Positions 36,222 through 46,034 of a DNA stretch of 64,000 bases are shown piece by piece. The first letter of the stretch is position 1. Every line of letters begins with the position of its first letter. The translations under genes and the position numbers were made by a program. The stretch covers positions 24,222 through 88,221 of IMG/VR virus record IMGVR_UViG_3300045988_113120; one strand, 5' to 3'. The DNA comes from a virus. The notes under the pieces are model-generated. The model ran no database searches and was not told where the DNA came from. It saw only the letters and a list, made by a program, of their open reading frames with translations.

Positions 36222-36773
36222 TTATTCATTAATTACTTCAATTTGACACATTTTCATTGCTTCGAGTGCGTTCTTATGACTCTCTGGCGTTACACCAGCA
36301 CAGCAGGAAGCATCTACGATAATCTTTGCTTCTGGTAACGCTGCTTTTAATAACATTGCGTTTGAAATTACACAAATATCTGTACAAAGACCGATTAATG
36401 TAATACTTTTAATTATTTCTTTTTGTTCTTTGTGTAATAAACAATAATCAAAAAACAAGTCGGTAGACCCAAAAGACATTTTATGATAGTCATTCAAACC
36501 ATTATATTCCCATCCATTTGTCTGCAAAGCTTGTTGTACGTCTGGATGGAGCTGCCACCCATTGGTGCCAAGAAGACAATGTTCTACTGGTAATTTTTGA
36601 CCTTCCTGTGTTGATAGATAATCTTCAAAATGAGTATCATATGTTGTAATAAGACGCCCATCGAACGAATTTATCTTCTCAACAACTTTTGGAACGATCT
36701 CCTGTGCTTCTTTGGTTCCAAGGCTTCCGTCGATGAAATCATTCTGCATATCGACGACAATTAATATTTTCAT
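36222..36773 (-). CDS. Isochorismatase-family hydrolase, nicotinamidase (PncA)-like
   Basis: 183 aa. The N-terminus ILIVVDMQNDF matches the cysteine-hydrolase family. A conserved Cys lies in LIGLCTDICV. Confidence 0.65.
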   Translation of the reverse strand: MKILIVVDMQNDFIDGSLGTKEAQEIVPKVVEKINSFDGRLITTYDTHFEDYLSTQEGQKLPVEHCLLGTNGWQLHPDVQQALQTNGWEYNGLNDYHKMSFGSTDLFFDYCLLHKEQKEIIKSITLIGLCTDICVISNAMLLKAALPEAKIIVDASCCAGVTPESHKNALEAMKMCQIEVINE

Positions 36774-36804
36774 AAATTTCTCCTTCCTTTAAATTACTGT
36801 TTTA

Positions 36805-37272
36805 TTAATCAAATAATCCATACCCAAAGTGCTGTCTCAGTTCATGATTCCAACTATTAATCGATTCAACTTTTCGCTCTTTGACAAGCTTATATCGAAA
36901 ATCTTTAGGCATAGACAATACGATAAAATTCATAATAAGTTTTGCACAGTCTTTCCTTTCTTCGATATAATACACGCCATCTTCTTTATAGAAATCAACC
37001 TCTTTAAAACACCCAGAATTATTTAAAATTTCAAATGCTGTTTCGCTAATTTCTGATTCTTGATACTCTGTCCAAATCAGTCTCTCACTTCTACAACCAA
37101 GACCTAGCCCCGTATAATCTTCATTACAATTAAAACCTACTCCTAGCTTTTTACAGCTGTCTTTATACGCTTGTCGAATTTTATGAATATCATAGTTACA
37201 ATCAAATAAAAAACTTTCTGATATTTTATGCCCATCTTCCGACCAGTCGCCTAATTCTAATTTATAAATCAT
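36805..37272 (-). CDS. Hypothetical protein
   Basis: 155 aa ORF. Confidence 0.4.
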   Translation of the reverse strand: MIYKLELGDWSEDGHKISESFLFDCNYDIHKIRQAYKDSCKKLGVGFNCNEDYTGLGLGCRSERLIWTEYQESEISETAFEILNNSGCFKEVDFYKEDGVYYIEERKDCAKLIMNFIVLSMPKDFRYKLVKERKVESINSWNHELRQHFGYGLFD

Positions 37273-37329
37273 TCCAGTCTCCTTTCTTTAGGCACCCACC
37301 CGTCAAATATGACGAGCAGGTATATCATC

Positions 37330-37719
37330 TTAATCTTCTAAAGAATCAATCATCGCACGTAATTCTGCTTCTGACATCTTCTCAATAGCCTCATCCTGTT
37401 TCTTGGAAAGAGCATCAATATATTTTCTCTGTGTCAGTTTCTTATTAATACGTTCCTTCTCAGCAAGTCTCTCATTACGTTTTGTTATAAAGATATACTT
37501 CACAATACCAATCGCAGCTGTTAACTTTGGATCAACATTTGCATCATCCAACAGACTTTCTTCTGAAGATTTAACTTCCTGATCTTTCAGATTTTTATAA
37601 ACCACGTCTAAATCTTTATCAGATAAATCCCATAAATCTTCTACGGATAATTCGCCCTTTGTTGATGGGAATCTCAATTTACTTCTTGTTGCCATTTCGA
37701 ATAAATTTTCTGTTGTCAT
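37330..37719 (-). CDS. Hypothetical protein
   Basis: 129 aa ORF. Confidence 0.4.
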   Translation of the reverse strand: MTTENLFEMATRSKLRFPSTKGELSVEDLWDLSDKDLDVVYKNLKDQEVKSSEESLLDDANVDPKLTAAIGIVKYIFITKRNERLAEKERINKKLTQRKYIDALSKKQDEAIEKMSEAELRAMIDSLED

Positions 37720-37739
37720 AATTCAATCTCCTTTTTATA

Positions 37740-39809
37740 TTAAAATTTAATTTTAAGAACTCTTTCAGTAGCGCCCTTGACTTTGACGATCACATCATCT
37801 CGTTTTGTAGAACTAAAACCAATTCCTGATAACTGGTTTTGATCATCTGCGACATGCATCTTACTTCCTAAAGCCTCGAATACTCTCTTGTGCTGTACTA
37901 ATTCCTGTTTCAAGAACTCATTGAAGAATCCATTTGGAGTATCTTCATTTACACATCCGTTTAACATGAACAGATAATGTTTGTGTCCAATACCTGTCTG
38001 TTCATCCCAATAGTTAGGCGAATAACACATTACTGTTACTGGCACAAACTGATTTGTATTGATTCCCCAGATTTCTCTTGAAGATGTTGTTGATGGAAGT
38101 TTCTCTTTGATTGTGAATACTCCATCTTTTAATGTAACTGTAGCCACTGGTACGTTCTGTCCCTGTCTTAAAGGTTTATCATATTCAAATTCGTAAATCT
38201 GACCATCAAATTCAATCTCTGCTGTAAATCCTGATGTACCGTTGCTATGGCAATAATTATGTACGAAAAATTCATAATCTCCATCAACCATTTCAGATTT
38301 ATCCGCCCATGTAATATTTTCTACAGCAGGTTTTCCTTTTTCTGGATTGATTACATCAACATCAAGTCTGCCTCGTGTCACGTGATCAACCATATGGCTA
38401 AAGAAAATATGCTGACAAGGTGTTTTACAATGTGCATCAAAATCATCCCTATTCCAATCTTTTCCTGCATTCCACTGAATTGAAAATCTTAAGACTCCAT
38501 CGACTGCTCCACCTGCGTTCTTAACTCTTTCTTTCATTTCGCTATCTGTCATATTTCCTGTGTATGCCCAACTGAAAGGATTACTCCACTTCATCATGTT
38601 CTTAGCATCTTTATTTACAGGTGCGATCAGTGAAACCATATTCTTCTTGTGACGATTTTCAAACAGAACTTCTAATTCTTTTGCCGTTGGAAGTACATCT
38701 GATACGAATTTCTCTGCACTGATTTCTTCGACTTTAGAGAACTTCTTAGGATTTACAGCAACTTCCTTACTCATCTCATCGAAAATATCTAAACCGCCCT
38801 GAATACGTGGTGCTGCATCACGATTACAAAACAGGATATTGTTGACTGTAATATCATCAAGTTTCGCAAATCTACGCTGTAATGAATCCATATATCCTAA
38901 ATCAGTCACAGTTTTCTTTGCATCCTCAAGCATTTTCTTTGTAAAAATTGCCTTTGGTCGTTTGTAATTCGCAGGAGCTACAACATTTTCATAAGCCTTA
39001 ACCGCATTATCTAAGTCCATATCCTCACTGATATTTACAAGCAATGTACCAATACTATGGTTTCTAATACGACCAATTACATCTCCGATCGTCATGGCTT
39101 TTGCCCATGTGTATGTATCTTTCTCTTCATCGGATAAACTATTGTATTCTCGCTGATATTTTCTAAAGTCCTTTAAGATTCTTTCCCATTCCTGTCCTCT
39201 ATAAAGAGTATTTGAAGCGATCAGTTCTAATACCGTATCAACAGCTTCTTCTGTGATTTCATCAAGCGATCTTTTGAACACGCTCTTTCGATCTCTAACT
39301 TTTGCTTTTGCTGTAGGAATATCGGATTTTCTTTCTAGTAATCTCTCTGGAATCGGTGTATACATATGAGTCCATTTGATAATCTGCTTATCTTCTGTAT
39401 ACTCATTTGTACTTTTTACTCCAACTGTATTTGTAAAATGTCTCCAAATATCTTTGATTGGCTTTGATTCTACATATGTTCGTAAAGCATCAACTACTGG
39501 CTGAAATACGACATCATCAGTGTCGATCTCCCAGATCGTATGAATCTTACCGTCAACAATTGTCACAGCTCCACCGATTGTTTTAATAAAGTTTCGACAA
39601 TGACCACAGTCATATTCTCTTCGCTTGCGATACATTTTGTTAGTTCCTTCAGGGAAACTACTCAGATATACTTCCCAAAGTTCATCCTTATCAATATCGG
39701 TTTCATACAATGTAGAATTGTTTTTCTCTACATAGTCGAGCATTTTATTTAAACGCTCTGACAATTTGCTTAAAAAGTTACTCCAGCTTTCATTCATTGG
39801 TGTACACAT
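37740..39809 (-). CDS. Large hypothetical protein (689 aa)
   Basis: Long ORF with no motif I can assign. The N-terminus is Cys/His-containing (CGHCRNF). Confidence 0.45.
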   Translation of the reverse strand: MCTPMNESWSNFLSKLSERLNKMLDYVEKNNSTLYETDIDKDELWEVYLSSFPEGTNKMYRKRREYDCGHCRNFIKTIGGAVTIVDGKIHTIWEIDTDDVVFQPVVDALRTYVESKPIKDIWRHFTNTVGVKSTNEYTEDKQIIKWTHMYTPIPERLLERKSDIPTAKAKVRDRKSVFKRSLDEITEEAVDTVLELIASNTLYRGQEWERILKDFRKYQREYNSLSDEEKDTYTWAKAMTIGDVIGRIRNHSIGTLLVNISEDMDLDNAVKAYENVVAPANYKRPKAIFTKKMLEDAKKTVTDLGYMDSLQRRFAKLDDITVNNILFCNRDAAPRIQGGLDIFDEMSKEVAVNPKKFSKVEEISAEKFVSDVLPTAKELEVLFENRHKKNMVSLIAPVNKDAKNMMKWSNPFSWAYTGNMTDSEMKERVKNAGGAVDGVLRFSIQWNAGKDWNRDDFDAHCKTPCQHIFFSHMVDHVTRGRLDVDVINPEKGKPAVENITWADKSEMVDGDYEFFVHNYCHSNGTSGFTAEIEFDGQIYEFEYDKPLRQGQNVPVATVTLKDGVFTIKEKLPSTTSSREIWGINTNQFVPVTVMCYSPNYWDEQTGIGHKHYLFMLNGCVNEDTPNGFFNEFLKQELVQHKRVFEALGSKMHVADDQNQLSGIGFSSTKRDDVIVKVKGATERVLKIKF

Positions 39810-39830
39810 ACTTTATCTCCTTTTTATGTA

Positions 39831-41156
39831 TTATTTAATTGCTACAAAAATTTCATCGTTCTTGTTACCATTCACATAAATTTCTTTACCCTGAAGTTCT
39901 GGAAAATATTTCTTGGCAAGTTTTTTGAATTCATTAACATACTTCATATCACAGTTTTTGTAAATCAGTTTACCAGCAACAGAACCACCTGAAAGCAAAC
40001 CTATTCTTCTTAAGAACTTCGCATGAGGTAAACCTTTCTGATCATCTTTTCTATACTTATCTTTCTCCAGAATCTTTTCCAATTTACATAAGTTTTCTGT
40101 CACTTCAATACAGCTGCTTGGATATTTCACATATTTGTTTGTCCAGAAATCAACTGCATCATAAGCCCCTGCGTTGCCGCAAAGGTATTTTAATACACAG
40201 GTTTTGAAGCCATTTTCTCTGTCATACACATCATTTCCTTCTACATACGCAACAGTTTCCGCTCCAGAAGTCCATAAGATTTTAACCATTCCATGATAAT
40301 GTTTTACTTTAAACACTGGTTCGCCATCTTTTTCAATCTGTTTACCGTTATTGTCTAACATTGGTTCTTTTACTGTAATTTCTTTATCAACATAAATCGG
40401 TCTCTTAATCATTTCTTTTAGATTTTTTATATTCATATCTTTCTCCTCTTCGTTTCCTGTAAGTTCACTCATGATTTCATCCAATTTTTCTGACGCAAAT
40501 GTTAAAGTTGCACTCATTTCACCATTCCAATCATCAAGTGTTGGTGCGTCTGCTCGTAATCCACGTTCAGTTTCGGATCCTCCACAACATTCTTTCCACC
40601 AATTCTTTTCTGCTTCTGACGTTGCGGTAATTGGTTTTTGCTGATAGTGTGGCAGAACAGACACTCTTCTTTCTGAAAGTGGTGGTGGGGCTAATGTTCC
40701 AATTTTTATTTCGTCAGCTAAAATCGTACCTGTATGAATCTCAAGATCCTCATTCATTGTTCTTACTGATTCCTTTCTTGTTATAGTAATGCTCGCTTCT
40801 GTTGATCGTATGCACTGATTTCTATACTGTTCTTTTTTATACCATGGTGGAACAATAACCAATATCTTATCATTGATGTACACATCCATTTCGATTGATT
40901 CAGCATCATGAAGTGCAACATATCGCCAAGGATGTGTTGTTCTAATAATCTTACCTTGAGGTTTTATTGTGTAAGTAGCAACAATTCGTGAAGCATTTTT
41001 TAATTCAACAATCTCAATTTTAAATTTTGCATATACATCATCATTATCTACTTCGACAATATCTCCTACATCAAATAATTTCATCATACGTGAATTATAT
41101 TTAAGTTCTTGTCCATTTTTAGTCCGTATCCAAACGCCCGTTTTATTTTCGTCCAT
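39831..41156 (-). CDS. Hypothetical protein (441 aa)
   Basis: Long ORF with no recognisable motif. Confidence 0.45.
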   Translation of the reverse strand: MDENKTGVWIRTKNGQELKYNSRMMKLFDVGDIVEVDNDDVYAKFKIEIVELKNASRIVATYTIKPQGKIIRTTHPWRYVALHDAESIEMDVYINDKILVIVPPWYKKEQYRNQCIRSTEASITITRKESVRTMNEDLEIHTGTILADEIKIGTLAPPPLSERRVSVLPHYQQKPITATSEAEKNWWKECCGGSETERGLRADAPTLDDWNGEMSATLTFASEKLDEIMSELTGNEEEKDMNIKNLKEMIKRPIYVDKEITVKEPMLDNNGKQIEKDGEPVFKVKHYHGMVKILWTSGAETVAYVEGNDVYDRENGFKTCVLKYLCGNAGAYDAVDFWTNKYVKYPSSCIEVTENLCKLEKILEKDKYRKDDQKGLPHAKFLRRIGLLSGGSVAGKLIYKNCDMKYVNEFKKLAKKYFPELQGKEIYVNGNKNDEIFVAIK

Positions 41157-41170
41157 TCTTTGTCTCCTCT

Positions 41171-42001
41171 CTAAGCTGATGCACTCTGTGAGGCAAAGTA
41201 TTGTGCTAATTTCTTTGCCAAGTATAATTGCCCTTTGCCAGTCACATATGTTTTGGTGATCAACTTGTTTCCATTCTTAGTTTCAACTTCACTTTCTGTT
41301 AATTTGAAAATGCCCTGCTTAACATATCTTTCATATGGGGTATTATCTGACATGAGATACCCTTCTTTTCTTAACCACGCAAATAATTTGTTTCTGCCCA
41401 TATGAATATCTTGATTTTCTTTCTCAAGAAGCTTTGCCATTGTTTTCATATCAACCATTGTTGGTGTGGCACTGACCGTATTGGCAAAATCAACAAGTGG
41501 CTTCTGTTTACTGATAACTTCTTCTTTCTGGGCTAATAGTTCATCCTTTTGTTCCAAAGTGTTTTGCATAATATTCAATGCTTTCGCCATGATAGTTAAA
41601 TCATCATCGTCTTTTTCAATTGGAATATATCCGCCTGTCTTACGAATCTGCGGAAGAACTTCTGATGTTACCCAATGCTTGAATTCTTTTGCCTTATCAA
41701 GCTTACTTCCAAAGATTAATGCATAAAGTCCTGACTCATTAATAAACACTGGGTATTGAACTCTCCCTAATTTGTCTGTTATAGATGGGGTAACGTTTCG
41801 TTCCCCCATAATTTTATCTTCATCGTCAACATGATCTCGAATTGCTTTCTTCGAATTTGTATAACCAAGACACTCAGCTACATCTTTCCCTACGAACCAC
41901 GGGTTATTATTTAAGATTACCGTTCTGATATTCCCAAATTCATCATTATTAAACACCAATGTGTTTAATCCTTCATTTACCATATTCTTTTCTTCTGTCA
42001 T
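41171..42001 (-). CDS. Bro-N / KilA-C antirepressor-like protein
   Basis: 276 aa. N-terminal Bro-N-like segment FNNDEFGNIRTVILNNNPWFVGKDVAECLGY...AIRDHVDDEDK. A C-terminal KilAC-like region follows. Confidence 0.6.
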   Translation of the reverse strand: MTEEKNMVNEGLNTLVFNNDEFGNIRTVILNNNPWFVGKDVAECLGYTNSKKAIRDHVDDEDKIMGERNVTPSITDKLGRVQYPVFINESGLYALIFGSKLDKAKEFKHWVTSEVLPQIRKTGGYIPIEKDDDDLTIMAKALNIMQNTLEQKDELLAQKEEVISKQKPLVDFANTVSATPTMVDMKTMAKLLEKENQDIHMGRNKLFAWLRKEGYLMSDNTPYERYVKQGIFKLTESEVETKNGNKLITKTYVTGKGQLYLAKKLAQYFASQSASA

Positions 42002-42084
42002 TAAATACCTCCTAAGTTATAATTTTACATTTTAATTTTGCACAAATGCCTGTGCGAGTCATCATATATAATAAGGAAGAAACT

Positions 42085-42735
42085 CTACCCGATTATATTC
42101 TGGATCAGCTCATAATACTTTGTTCTACCGACATAAGGTTTATGCTCTGCATCTTTTAATTCTTTCTTCAAAGTACATATGTCTTTCTGATTATCCATGC
42201 AATTTTGCATCACTTCTATGTATCGAATACAATTCTTGATCTTTCTGTGTAATTCTTGTAAGGTTTTAAGATACCCAACAATCACTGCACGTTTCGCAGC
42301 ATCAATCTTTTTAAACTCAATCGCATGAAGAATATCACTTCTGGCAGAGTCGGCATATGATAACGCCTGCTCTAATTCAAACTTCTTTTCTCCTAATTGA
42401 TCTGAGTCATATGCTAAAAGCCCTACTATAGCTCTTTCCTCAGTCTCTATGTTGTCGATCAATGTATTATCACATTCCCAGTCCATAAAGCAATTTCCAT
42501 TACCTTTTCGCATTATTTCGCTAGATTCCATGGGTTTTCCAACTTTACCTAGCTCAATTTCTCGGGCATAAAATCCGTCTTTCATCCACGTATATTTATG
42601 CTTCAAACCTAAAATGTGCTTTGCTTGCTTAGAGGTAAATTGAGTAGCTTCAGACTTACGATTATCACGAACGTATTTATTTCTTGCATGATCTCTTTTC
42701 ACATAGAACTCTCCATTCGTAATTATGTATTTCAT
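42085..42735 (-). CDS. Hypothetical protein
   Basis: 216 aa ORF. Confidence 0.4.
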   Translation of the reverse strand: MKYIITNGEFYVKRDHARNKYVRDNRKSEATQFTSKQAKHILGLKHKYTWMKDGFYAREIELGKVGKPMESSEIMRKGNGNCFMDWECDNTLIDNIETEERAIVGLLAYDSDQLGEKKFELEQALSYADSARSDILHAIEFKKIDAAKRAVIVGYLKTLQELHRKIKNCIRYIEVMQNCMDNQKDICTLKKELKDAEHKPYVGRTKYYELIQNIIG

Positions 42736-42781
42736 ACATCACTCCTGTATTTAATTGTAGTTTTTTGGAAAAATTTTCATG

Positions 42782-42810
42782 TTGACGAACATGTTTAGAA
42801 TTGTTATAAT
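42782..42810 (+). promoter_or_regulatory. Consensus sigma-70 promoter on the plus strand (TTGACG-17-TATAAT)
   Basis: TTGACG at 42782..42787, a 17-nt spacer, and TATAAT at 42805..42810. It points against the prevailing gene orientation. Confidence 0.55.
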
Positions 42811-42816
42811 GATTTT

Positions 42817-42912
42817 AAGGATAATAATATCCTTATCTATTAAACAATTCTAAATATCAAATTCGATTTTCTATCGTGCTGCCAACACGGTAGATTCAAA
42901 AAATCTTTTTTT
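42817..42912 (+). ncRNA. Candidate small noncoding RNA (~95 nt) from the consensus promoter to an intrinsic terminator
   Basis: There is no RBS or ATG after the promoter. Internal hairpins ggatAATAATatcc and ctatcgtg...cacggtag are followed by the terminator agatt-caaaaa-aatct + ttttttt at 42892..42912. A second hairpin plus T-run lies at 42959..42993. Confidence 0.4.
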
Positions 42913-42928
42913 GTTATCTATGATTTGT

Positions 42929-43294
42929 TTAGTTGAAATTTTTAGTTTGTGTGAAAGTAGAAGTTTTACCAAAGACTTCTGCTTTCTTTTTTATTGTCTG
43001 TATTTTTATTCCAACATTGTATCTCTCTTTGTATGTAAATTGCAGGCATTTGATTATGTCAAATATGTCGTCCTGCCTAATATGAGAGAACAAATTCTCA
43101 TCTTGAATAAATTCGATCCAATGATATGAAAGATCTTTATCTTTGCCATAGATCTTCATCTTTCTATCATCTGCTCGAATCTTATATTCGCTCAGAAACC
43201 ACGATGACATTTCTGATGAGTGTAAATCAAGTACATCAATATGCATTTGATTTGATTGATTCGCTACCAATGTTTTTAATATTTGATTGTCCAT
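42929..43294 (-). CDS. Hypothetical protein
   Basis: 121 aa ORF. Confidence 0.4.
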   Translation of the reverse strand: MDNQILKTLVANQSNQMHIDVLDLHSSEMSSWFLSEYKIRADDRKMKIYGKDKDLSYHWIEFIQDENLFSHIRQDDIFDIIKCLQFTYKERYNVGIKIQTIKKKAEVFGKTSTFTQTKNFN

Positions 43295-43308
43295 ACATAT
43301 ACCTTCCT

Positions 43309-44337
43309 TTATTCTGTCATAATTTGATGTACACGATAATTCTTATAGTCCTCATCTTTATATAAATAACCAATAGTTTTACCAATTACAGTTTGACGAT
43401 CACTAAATTGTTTCTTTTTTAATCTATATGATATATAATAATTATAATAAAATTCAATTGCAATTTCACTAAATTGACGTGCGATTATAGATCGTGCGAT
43501 TCCTTCTTTTGATTTAATATAATATAAATCTGCAATTGCCTTGATATCCATTTTAGATTTTAAATATTGTATAAAACCAGAATTAATAACATCAATGGTT
43601 GTCAATTTCTCATAAGATAAAGTGTTACCAGTTAATTCTAATTGAGACTGCACATTATTATATATCCTCTTTTGCTCTGCTTGATATTCTTCTATATTAT
43701 TACATTTTTTTCGTGGTATTAATACAAAATCATCATATATATTCGTATCTCCCATTTTCAATTTATATTCATTCAATGTCTCGATAAAATCTTTGGAGAC
43801 TGGTTTCCCAAAAATTGTTAAATCATTTTGATTAATATCTGAGAATTTTAGATTTCTTAACTCCTTTCCATTTATCCCATTATATAAACTCACAATATGA
43901 AATCTAGTATTCAATTTGGTATCGGCTGATGCATTGCACGACATCAGATTCGAAATAAACGCATTTATTTTATCTGGTGTAACATAATTAACATTAACTC
44001 TATTTGAAAAATATATATCAACTGCTAATTGCAAGTTTATAAATTTATCATTAACAAATGGATTATATTTAATGTAATTTTGTTCATATGCATAAGTATA
44101 TAGTTTGACGAGCTGGTCATATCTTTTTTTAATAGAATTCATACTTTTGGTTTTTTTACCTCTAGTATCTGATAATATAGCCTCTTGGATTGTACCTGGT
44201 GCATACGTTAACCCAGATTCATTGTCGTCCGCAATATCAGAATCTAATAACCAATTCCATGTTGGGCGACGTGATTCTGATACGTGAGAATCTATATAAT
44301 TTTGTATCAATTCTTTATTATTCATAATATTCTCCAT
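43309..44337 (-). CDS. Hypothetical protein
   Basis: 342 aa ORF. Confidence 0.4.
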   Translation of the reverse strand: MENIMNNKELIQNYIDSHVSESRRPTWNWLLDSDIADDNESGLTYAPGTIQEAILSDTRGKKTKSMNSIKKRYDQLVKLYTYAYEQNYIKYNPFVNDKFINLQLAVDIYFSNRVNVNYVTPDKINAFISNLMSCNASADTKLNTRFHIVSLYNGINGKELRNLKFSDINQNDLTIFGKPVSKDFIETLNEYKLKMGDTNIYDDFVLIPRKKCNNIEEYQAEQKRIYNNVQSQLELTGNTLSYEKLTTIDVINSGFIQYLKSKMDIKAIADLYYIKSKEGIARSIIARQFSEIAIEFYYNYYISYRLKKKQFSDRQTVIGKTIGYLYKDEDYKNYRVHQIMTE

Positions 44338-44339
44338 TT

Positions 44340-44825
44340 CTAGGATGCCATTGCATTCATGTACGATAACATGCCGTTTTGTATTAAAATGCCATGTCCT
44401 ATTTTTAACATTAAAGATAGATCAGATATTCTTCCCCAATACTCTAAAAGATTATTCTTTGGAATTGTTCTTCCTTGCTCTAAATACACCTGTGATACCA
44501 TTTTTAATCCATTACTGGTATTTGGATAAATGGTCACATGTGTCGGTATCCAGTTCCTTAATTTTTTTGTAATTGGATACACGTTAATCTCGGTGCTCGT
44601 ATTATTACAAATATTATTAGAATATACGATGACTGGTCTTTTCCCATGCAAGATGTGACTACCTTCAATTTTCGGCAAATCTGCAAAATATATTCCCCAA
44701 ACTTGAGGATTTTGATATTTGCCATATACATATTCTTTTCTTTTTCTGTTTCTGTTATCGTTTCCTTTTCTTTCTTTGTTAGTATATCCGTTCATTTTAC
44801 GTCCCTCAACTTTCCCCAGTTGCAT
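44340..44825 (-). CDS. Hypothetical protein
   Basis: 161 aa ORF. Confidence 0.4.
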   Translation of the reverse strand: MQLGKVEGRKMNGYTNKERKGNDNRNRKRKEYVYGKYQNPQVWGIYFADLPKIEGSHILHGKRPVIVYSNNICNNTSTEINVYPITKKLRNWIPTHVTIYPNTSNGLKMVSQVYLEQGRTIPKNNLLEYWGRISDLSLMLKIGHGILIQNGMLSYMNAMAS

Positions 44826-44954
44826 TTTTTATTTTCATGAATTAAATATACCATACTTTTTGCACCCTGTCAATAGGTGCAAGAAAGAAAGTTAATTTTT
44901 ATTGTGAACAAAGAATCTCTACATTTCTTATTATAATGCTACTATAGAACAAAA

Positions 44955-45275
44955 TCAAGATATTTTTCGAACAAATGTTCCCTTTTTGTTCGAACACTTT
45001 ACTTTGTGCTTACTTGGAAGTGGGAAATACTGTCTAACTTTATGAGGCTTATCCAGTTTCCACTTCTTTTCCTCAAAGTCATAGTCGCAAAAATCAAGCA
45101 CTTCATCCACGCATCCGTCATTATATTCGTAATCTACAATCACAGGATATGTTTTATATCTCATATAACGTGATGCGTTATCTGGTTTTAGCGGTGGAAT
45201 CTCTGCTGAAATCCACATAAGATTCTGGTTTACTTTCTTTTCTTCTTTATTTTGTCTAATTGTATTTATCTTCAT
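44955..45275 (-). CDS. Hypothetical protein
   Basis: 106 aa ORF. A 10-bp perfect inverted repeat (ttcgaacaaa / tttgttcgaa) lies in its 3' end. Confidence 0.4.
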   Translation of the reverse strand: MKINTIRQNKEEKKVNQNLMWISAEIPPLKPDNASRYMRYKTYPVIVDYEYNDGCVDEVLDFCDYDFEEKKWKLDKPHKVRQYFPLPSKHKVKCSNKKGTFVRKIS

Positions 45276-45287
45276 ACAAAATTCTCC

Positions 45288-46034
45288 TTATGAAATTCTA
45301 ATTATCTGTTCGTAAATTGCAATCGCATTATCCCACAGAAAATTTTTATTAACGTGCATATGCCCAAAGAACCATTTTTGATAAATCACTTTGTCCTTTA
45401 TTTGCTGTAAATAATCCGTTAACTTATCAGATTGGTACAACCCTGCTCCGCCATCCATTTGTCTTAAAACAGATGTGTATGGGCTATGTGTAATAACGTA
45501 ATCTACTTGAAAGTCATTTTTCTCCAAATTCATCACACCCTCTGCCATCTCTTTATCAGATGGCAATTCTTCTTTCCACCAGCTCACATGATTAATCCTA
45601 AACATTTTGTCATAATCTCTGTACCATTCATTAATTCTTGGATCGTCTGGCTCTAAAATTCCATCTTGCACATCATGGGAACTGGCACCGCCAAATGTAA
45701 AGAATTTCTTTCCTTGAATCTCAAACACCTGTCCACGCATAAGATGAAATACAGAGTCTTTGATCTTGTGAATCTTTCCGCCACACCATTTCTCTACAGG
45801 ATATTGATATAAGCGGTCGTAATTTTCATGATTCCCACATACAAACAATGTAGTAAATGGCTTGTTATCTAACCATTCCAGATTATATCGTTCTTCTTTT
45901 GTGTCATGCCACAGCCCAAAATCTCCGCAGATAATCACATAATCATCTTTGGTTAACTCAACTCCCTCTGGGAAAGAACGACTGTTTAATCGAGTCATCC
46001 AATCCCCATGTGTATCTCCTGTTACAAATATCAT
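45288..46034 (-). CDS. Calcineurin-like metallophosphoesterase
   Basis: 248 aa with motifs MIFVTGDTHGD, IICGDFG and GNHEN. Confidence 0.65.
   Translation of the reverse strand: MIFVTGDTHGDWMTRLNSRSFPEGVELTKDDYVIICGDFGLWHDTKEERYNLEWLDNKPFTTLFVCGNHENYDRLYQYPVEKWCGGKIHKIKDSVFHLMRGQVFEIQGKKFFTFGGASSHDVQDGILEPDDPRINEWYRDYDKMFRINHVSWWKEELPSDKEMAEGVMNLEKNDFQVDYVITHSPYTSVLRQMDGGAGLYQSDKLTDYLQQIKDKVIYQKWFFGHMHVNKNFLWDNAIAIYEQIIRIS

Noticed and set aside
42911-43129. 72-aa plus-strand ORF downstream of the consensus promoter
   Set aside because: It has no RBS and is hydrophobic low-complexity. It overlaps the terminator hairpins and the 3' end of a minus-strand gene. The transcript is more plausibly noncoding.
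44968-44997. 10-bp perfect inverted repeat ttcgaacaaa/tttgttcgaa as a regulatory site
   Set aside because: It lies inside the 3' coding end of 44955..45275 with no flanking T-run. It is probably a coincidental or mRNA-structure element.
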